64,000 nt of DNA from positions 384,001 to 448,000 of the forward strand of contig CAXXXF010000006.1 in the NCBI GenBank assembly GCA_963667175.2. The letters run 5' to 3'. The notes under the pieces are model-generated. The model did not search any database. It was not told the DNA's origin and saw nothing but the letters and a program-made list of their open reading frames with translations. This document shows positions 60,080-64,000 of the stretch, one piece after another. This DNA comes from Candidatus Latescibacterota bacterium (GTDB lineage Bacteria; Latescibacterota; UBA2968; GCA-2709665). Each line of letters begins with the position of its first letter. The first letter of the stretch is position 1. The translations under genes and the position numbers were made by a program.

Positions 60080-60203
60080 CGTTTCCTCCTATCTGAAAAC
60101 AGGCTCAAGAAAGGCACGAGAAAACGAACAACGGAAACTACGAAATACGCGAAAAAAACGAAAAATCCGTGGCTGCAATCAACTGTGCCCCTGGCGGCCA
60201 GCA

Positions 60204-60267
60204 TGCGGCCGCCTGCCTTGCCTGCGGCAGCAGGCAGGCGCGAATACCGCTGGGAATTTCAAAACAG
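60204..60267. repeat. 64-bp REP-like repeat, copy 2
   Basis: Matches 33028-33091. Confidence 0.85.
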
Positions 60268-60299
60268 TTGTCATGCCCCTTTGGGGCACCCATAATGAT

Positions 60300-60505
60300 G
60301 AAAATGGTTGCGTCAACAGACTTGTGTGGTAGGTTGTTGGCCACCATAACCCTTGGCTGGTCGAAGGTCGTTTTGTAGATGGTGCTATGAGCCTGAAAAA
60401 CAGTTGGACCTGGGTATCTGGAGGTATCCATTATTGTCGCCCCCTGTAAAGGGAGAGCCCGCCAAGTAGACTCTTATCCCAGCAGATACCCGACCAGCCG
60501 GATCA
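60300..60505 (+). ncRNA. Candidate IS110 bridge RNA
   Basis: Nested stems GGCTGGTCG/CGACCAGCC, AGGTC/GACCT and GGTATCTG/CAGATACC enclose two loop domains; one contains CATTAT and AAGTAG matching the element ends. Confidence 0.6.
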
Positions 60506-60522
60506 GACACAGGAGGCCTGCG

Positions 60523-61863
60523 ATGCATGTCATCTACCCTTGTTGCGCTGGTTTGGATGTCCACAAAAAGACGGTCGTTGCCTGCCGGATGAAGGCCGAA
60601 GGGTCAAAGCCGAGCCGGCGAGAGGTAAAGACCTTCTCCACAATGACCCGGCAGTTGCTGGCGTTGAGCGATTGGCTTTCTCAGTGGGGCTGCACCCACG
60701 TGGCGATGGAAAGCACCGGCGAGTATTGGAAGCCCATCTTCAACGTGCTGGAAGCCAACTTTGAAGTCTTGCTGGTCAATGCGCAGCACGTCAAACAGGT
60801 GCCAGGACGCAAGACCGATGTCCGGGATGCTGAGTGGCTGGCCGGGCTGCTGCAACACGGCTTGCTCAAAGCGAGCTTTATCCCCCCTGCCCTCCAGCGG
60901 GATTTGCGTGATCTGACGCGGTATCGCACCACATTGGTGCAGGAGCGCACCCGGGTGATCAATCGGGTGCAGAAGGCTTTGGAGGGCGCCAACATCAAGC
61001 TGTCCAGTGTGGCCAGCGATACGCTGGGCGTGTCGGGTCGGGCCATACTAAAAGGGCTCATCCAAGGCCAGGAAGATCCAGCAGCGTTAGCGGAGTTGGC
61101 CAAGGGCCGCTTGCGCAACAAGAAGGCCGACCTAGAGCAGGCGCTGACCGGCTTTTTCCGACCCCACCATCGCTTTTTGTTGAGCCACTTGCTGGTGCAT
61201 CTGGACTTTCTGGAAACACAACTTTCTCAGCTGTCCGACCAGATCGCTCAACACATTGAGGCGATGGGTGTGCCCCCAAAAGACCCGCAGCCTCCTTCGG
61301 GCGGTTCGCCCAAGCCTGCGCAGTCACCAACCGCCGCCTCGTCCAAGCCTGCGCAAGCTTCTCGGCTCCTTCCCAATCAGGCCATGGCCTTGTGGGATAC
61401 GATTCCTGGCGTCAACCAGACCGTGGCCGAGGTTATGGTGGCCGAAATGGGCGTGGATATGGGCCGCTTCCCCACCCACCGGCATCTGGCCTCCTGGGTC
61501 GGCTTAGCGCCTGGAAACCATGAAAGCGCAGGGAAACGTCAATCGGGGCGCACCACCAAAGGCAATCCTGCGTTGCGTCTTGCCCTCGTCCAGGCGGCCT
61601 GGGCGGCCTCGCGCACCAAAGACACTTATCTGTCCGCTCTCTATCGTCGGTTGGCCGCACGACGGGGCAAGAAACGCGCCTTGGTGGCAGTGGCTCATTC
61701 CATTCTCACAGCCGCCTATCATATGGCCTGTCACACACAACCCTATCAAGATCCGGGCAGCAACTATTTCGATCAGCGCAAGAAACACGACGTTGTCTCT
61801 CGGCTCTCCCATCGCCTGGAAAAGTTGGGGTACAACGTTGCGCTTACGCTACAAGCTGCTTAA
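60523..61863 (+). CDS. IS110-family DEDD transposase/recombinase
   Basis: GLDVHK, MESTG.YW, KTDVRDAEWLA, TIPGV, WVGLAP..HESAGK, ALVAVAH. Confidence 0.95.
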   Translation: MHVIYPCCAGLDVHKKTVVACRMKAEGSKPSRREVKTFSTMTRQLLALSDWLSQWGCTHVAMESTGEYWKPIFNVLEANFEVLLVNAQHVKQVPGRKTDVRDAEWLAGLLQHGLLKASFIPPALQRDLRDLTRYRTTLVQERTRVINRVQKALEGANIKLSSVASDTLGVSGRAILKGLIQGQEDPAALAELAKGRLRNKKADLEQALTGFFRPHHRFLLSHLLVHLDFLETQLSQLSDQIAQHIEAMGVPPKDPQPPSGGSPKPAQSPTAASSKPAQASRLLPNQAMALWDTIPGVNQTVAEVMVAEMGVDMGRFPTHRHLASWVGLAPGNHESAGKRQSGRTTKGNPALRLALVQAAWAASRTKDTYLSALYRRLAARRGKKRALVAVAHSILTAAYHMACHTQPYQDPGSNYFDQRKKHDVVSRLSHRLEKLGYNVALTLQAA

Positions 61864-62053
61864 ATAAAAGAAAAACAACAGGATTCTTCGAAATCTGAAA
61901 GGTTATTTTCTAAGTAGCTTCTTGGAGCGCGCTTTTGAGCGAAAGCTTACACAATGCATCCAGCGTACTGCCCTCCGGACGCATCCCCATCCGCCGGCAA
62001 GGGTCCGGTGTTGTCTTGAGGATCAGTTCACGTACGAAGAGAATAGTCTGGCA

Positions 62054-62923
62054 CTATCCTCGCCAATCCACGTCGATGCTCGTATAGCCATGGGTATATT
62101 TCTTCAAGTGTTCCGGCAGATTCTCCAGAAACCATCGTCCGGATTGCGGGATCTCCCACGGAACGTCGATTCTGTGCCCGCGGTCCCTGAACCCGATGGC
62201 GCACGACAGTCTCGTCTCCCCTGTCCGGTTGGGAAACGCGCCGTGGTACGTCCGGTGCGCAAATACGATCATATCGCCACCCTGCGTAAACAACGGCACA
62301 AGCCCGGGAATGTCAAACCCGGCGTAGGGTCGCTCTTCCCCGCCTTCGGGGTAGAACGACCGCCTGTCCGCCGTCATCCTGAACCCCTCCGGCCCTTCCC
62401 AACCGCCCACGTGGGAATCTTCGATGACACACAGTCCGCCATGTACCGGGCGGGACCCCGTCAGGTAGAACCACTTGCCCGACGGCCAGTGACCGCGGTT
62501 CAAAACATCGCCGGAATTCCTGATCTTCGTAGAAAACCCGCCCCAGTCCGTATGCCATGCCACGGGTTGGGACCCCGGCATCCTGATGATTGCGGCCGAC
62601 CGGTGTACGGTCAACTCGTCGGTACCGATCAGATGGCGATGAATGGCCATGAACGGTTCGTATTCCAGGAGCGACCATGCGCCGGGCCCGGATTCGATCC
62701 ACGCGTGGCGTGTACGACTCTGACCCGGCGCCAGCGCGCCCTCCGGATCCGTGCCGTCGTACACGGCCTGCTTCAGCCGCTCAACCCAGTCAGGAGGCAG
62801 CACGTCCTTGATGACCGCAAACCCGTGCGCCTCCAGACATTCGCTCATTGCGTCCAGATCCTCAATCCCGAACTCGTACTGATATTCAACGTCGGGTTTC
62901 TGCACGTGTGAATCGTCTTCCAT
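62054..62923 (-). CDS. PhyH-family dioxygenase with canonical HxD
   Basis: HGFAVIKDVL, WHTD, GGLCVIEDSH, GDMIVF..TYHG, R. Confidence 0.85.
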   Translation of the reverse strand: MEDDSHVQKPDVEYQYEFGIEDLDAMSECLEAHGFAVIKDVLPPDWVERLKQAVYDGTDPEGALAPGQSRTRHAWIESGPGAWSLLEYEPFMAIHRHLIGTDELTVHRSAAIIRMPGSQPVAWHTDWGGFSTKIRNSGDVLNRGHWPSGKWFYLTGSRPVHGGLCVIEDSHVGGWEGPEGFRMTADRRSFYPEGGEERPYAGFDIPGLVPLFTQGGDMIVFAHRTYHGAFPNRTGETRLSCAIGFRDRGHRIDVPWEIPQSGRWFLENLPEHLKKYTHGYTSIDVDWRG

Positions 62924-62974
62924 CTCACTCTCGCTTTGGTTCAACCGCGTTGTGTGACCGGAAATGACAGCCTC

Positions 62975-63784
62975 TCAATCCCCAATGGCCGTGCGCATCG
63001 TTGGATCCGCCGAACTCAGAAAGTGGTCCACTGTATTCCGGGTTGCAGGCCGGGTACGGAAATCGGCGATCCATGGCTCGCGAAACCAGGCCCGCTTCTC
63101 CCTCGGCAAACCGTTCAAAACAACGGGAGGCACGTTCAGCCGGTGCCAATGCGTCGCCAGGTGTGAGTAGGCGTGCAACACGGCGATACGCGGCGTATCG
63201 CGAGTCCACTCGGGGCCGACGTGGCACACGTTCTCGGTGAAAAACACCGCGCTTCCGGCGGGGCAGGCATATCCCATAAGGAATGGGCTCCGCTTTCCCG
63301 GCTCCATCGAAAGGTGGTCGGGATGCATGTCAAAATTCGCCTTATGGCTGCCGACGATGAAATGCGTGCCTCCATCTTCCTGCTGCACTTCCGTCAGCTC
63401 GAAGACCACGCGCACCATGCCAGCGTGAATCCGCCCGTTCTGGCATCGATATCCGAATATGGGATCGATCTGGCTCGGACCGCCTCCGTGAAGCCCCCCG
63501 CCGTGAGACTCTCCCTTTTTTCTGACTACGCAGTAGCACCCTTCCATCCGGATCTCAGGCCCGATGATCTCGTGCAACACCTCCACGACTTTCGGGTGAT
63601 CGATCAATAGACTGGACGCCCCCCCTGGAACGGTACGGTGTTCGGGCGGCAGGGAGTCCGGATCGTGGACGATGCGATCGATCTGCTCGACGATGGATGC
63701 AATCTCCTCCTGATTCAGAATGGCGGGACGCACCAGAAAACCCGTCAGATCGAACCGGAATTTCTCTTCATCCGTCATTCCCAT
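62975..63784 (-). CDS. PhyH-family Fe(II)/2OG enzyme with HxG motif
   Basis: GGAGG RBS; FDLTGFL, LIDHP, LHGGG, GGTHFIVGSHK, AGSAVFF..VCH, R. Confidence 0.85.
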   Translation of the reverse strand: MGMTDEEKFRFDLTGFLVRPAILNQEEIASIVEQIDRIVHDPDSLPPEHRTVPGGASSLLIDHPKVVEVLHEIIGPEIRMEGCYCVVRKKGESHGGGLHGGGPSQIDPIFGYRCQNGRIHAGMVRVVFELTEVQQEDGGTHFIVGSHKANFDMHPDHLSMEPGKRSPFLMGYACPAGSAVFFTENVCHVGPEWTRDTPRIAVLHAYSHLATHWHRLNVPPVVLNGLPREKRAWFREPWIADFRTRPATRNTVDHFLSSADPTMRTAIGD

Positions 63785-64000
63785 CTCGATTCCTCCTGAG
63801 TGTGGTTCGGTATTGGCCAACCATACCGCAATATATCCAAACACCCTTCGCTTGCAAACTCCCTTCAAGGGGTCCCGGCCCGGGCCCGAAAACAGCTTTC
63901 AACCAGGCGCCAGGATATTATCTTGTCTCCGTACAGCACAGCCGCAAAGGATGATGGAAAGCAGGGGAGACGAACGGATGGGCGACGACAAACGTCAATG

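Larger units (their letters stand above)
60291..61917 (+). mobile_element. IS110-family element (ends inferred)
   Basis: Intact transposase, about 230-nt left non-coding end, short AT-rich right end; ends inferred from the junction promoter and matches to the RNA loops. Confidence 0.75.

Noticed and set aside
63951-64000. Start of a plus-strand gene at the window edge
   Set aside because: Too few codons to assign.

Overview
GC-rich bacterial window with about 50 genes and no rRNA, tRNA or CRISPR array that I could see. The gene content (many PhyH-family dioxygenases, heparinase II/III-like lyases, a sulfatase, M56-TonB and PD40/BamA fusions) points to a diderm heterotroph; a Latescibacterota/Gemmatimonadota-like lineage is only a guess. 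Housekeeping loci carry clear cis-regulation: ilvB has a Val/Leu/Ile leader-peptide attenuator, thiC has a TPP riboswitch, blaI has a perfect palindromic operator, and an ECF sigma operon has two identical GGGAAC-N17-TGTCTA promoters. Most notable: (1) four of five PhyH-family Fe/2OG enzymes have HxA/HxG instead of HxD, the signature of non-heme iron halogenases, and three sit in an aminotransferase/dehydrogenase/methyltransferase/RraA cluster; (2) a 12-kb same-strand block joins a binding-protein/TorS-like kinase partner-switching module and an atypical CPA2-CBS antiporter to a CP-ATP-grasp/alpha-E/transglutaminase operon with an ammonium transporter inserted in it; (3) an IS110 whose left non-coding end folds like a bridge RNA and has loop segments matching its own ends; (4) a BlaI/BlaR1-like pair whose sensor is five tandem TonB C-terminal domains; (5) a group II intron 5' fragment behind a 23-bp hairpin at the edge of a small defence-like island; (6) nested small repeats (a MITE and a CCTGCC/GGCAGG palindrome). 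All assignments come from motif recognition by eye; no searches or folding programs were run.
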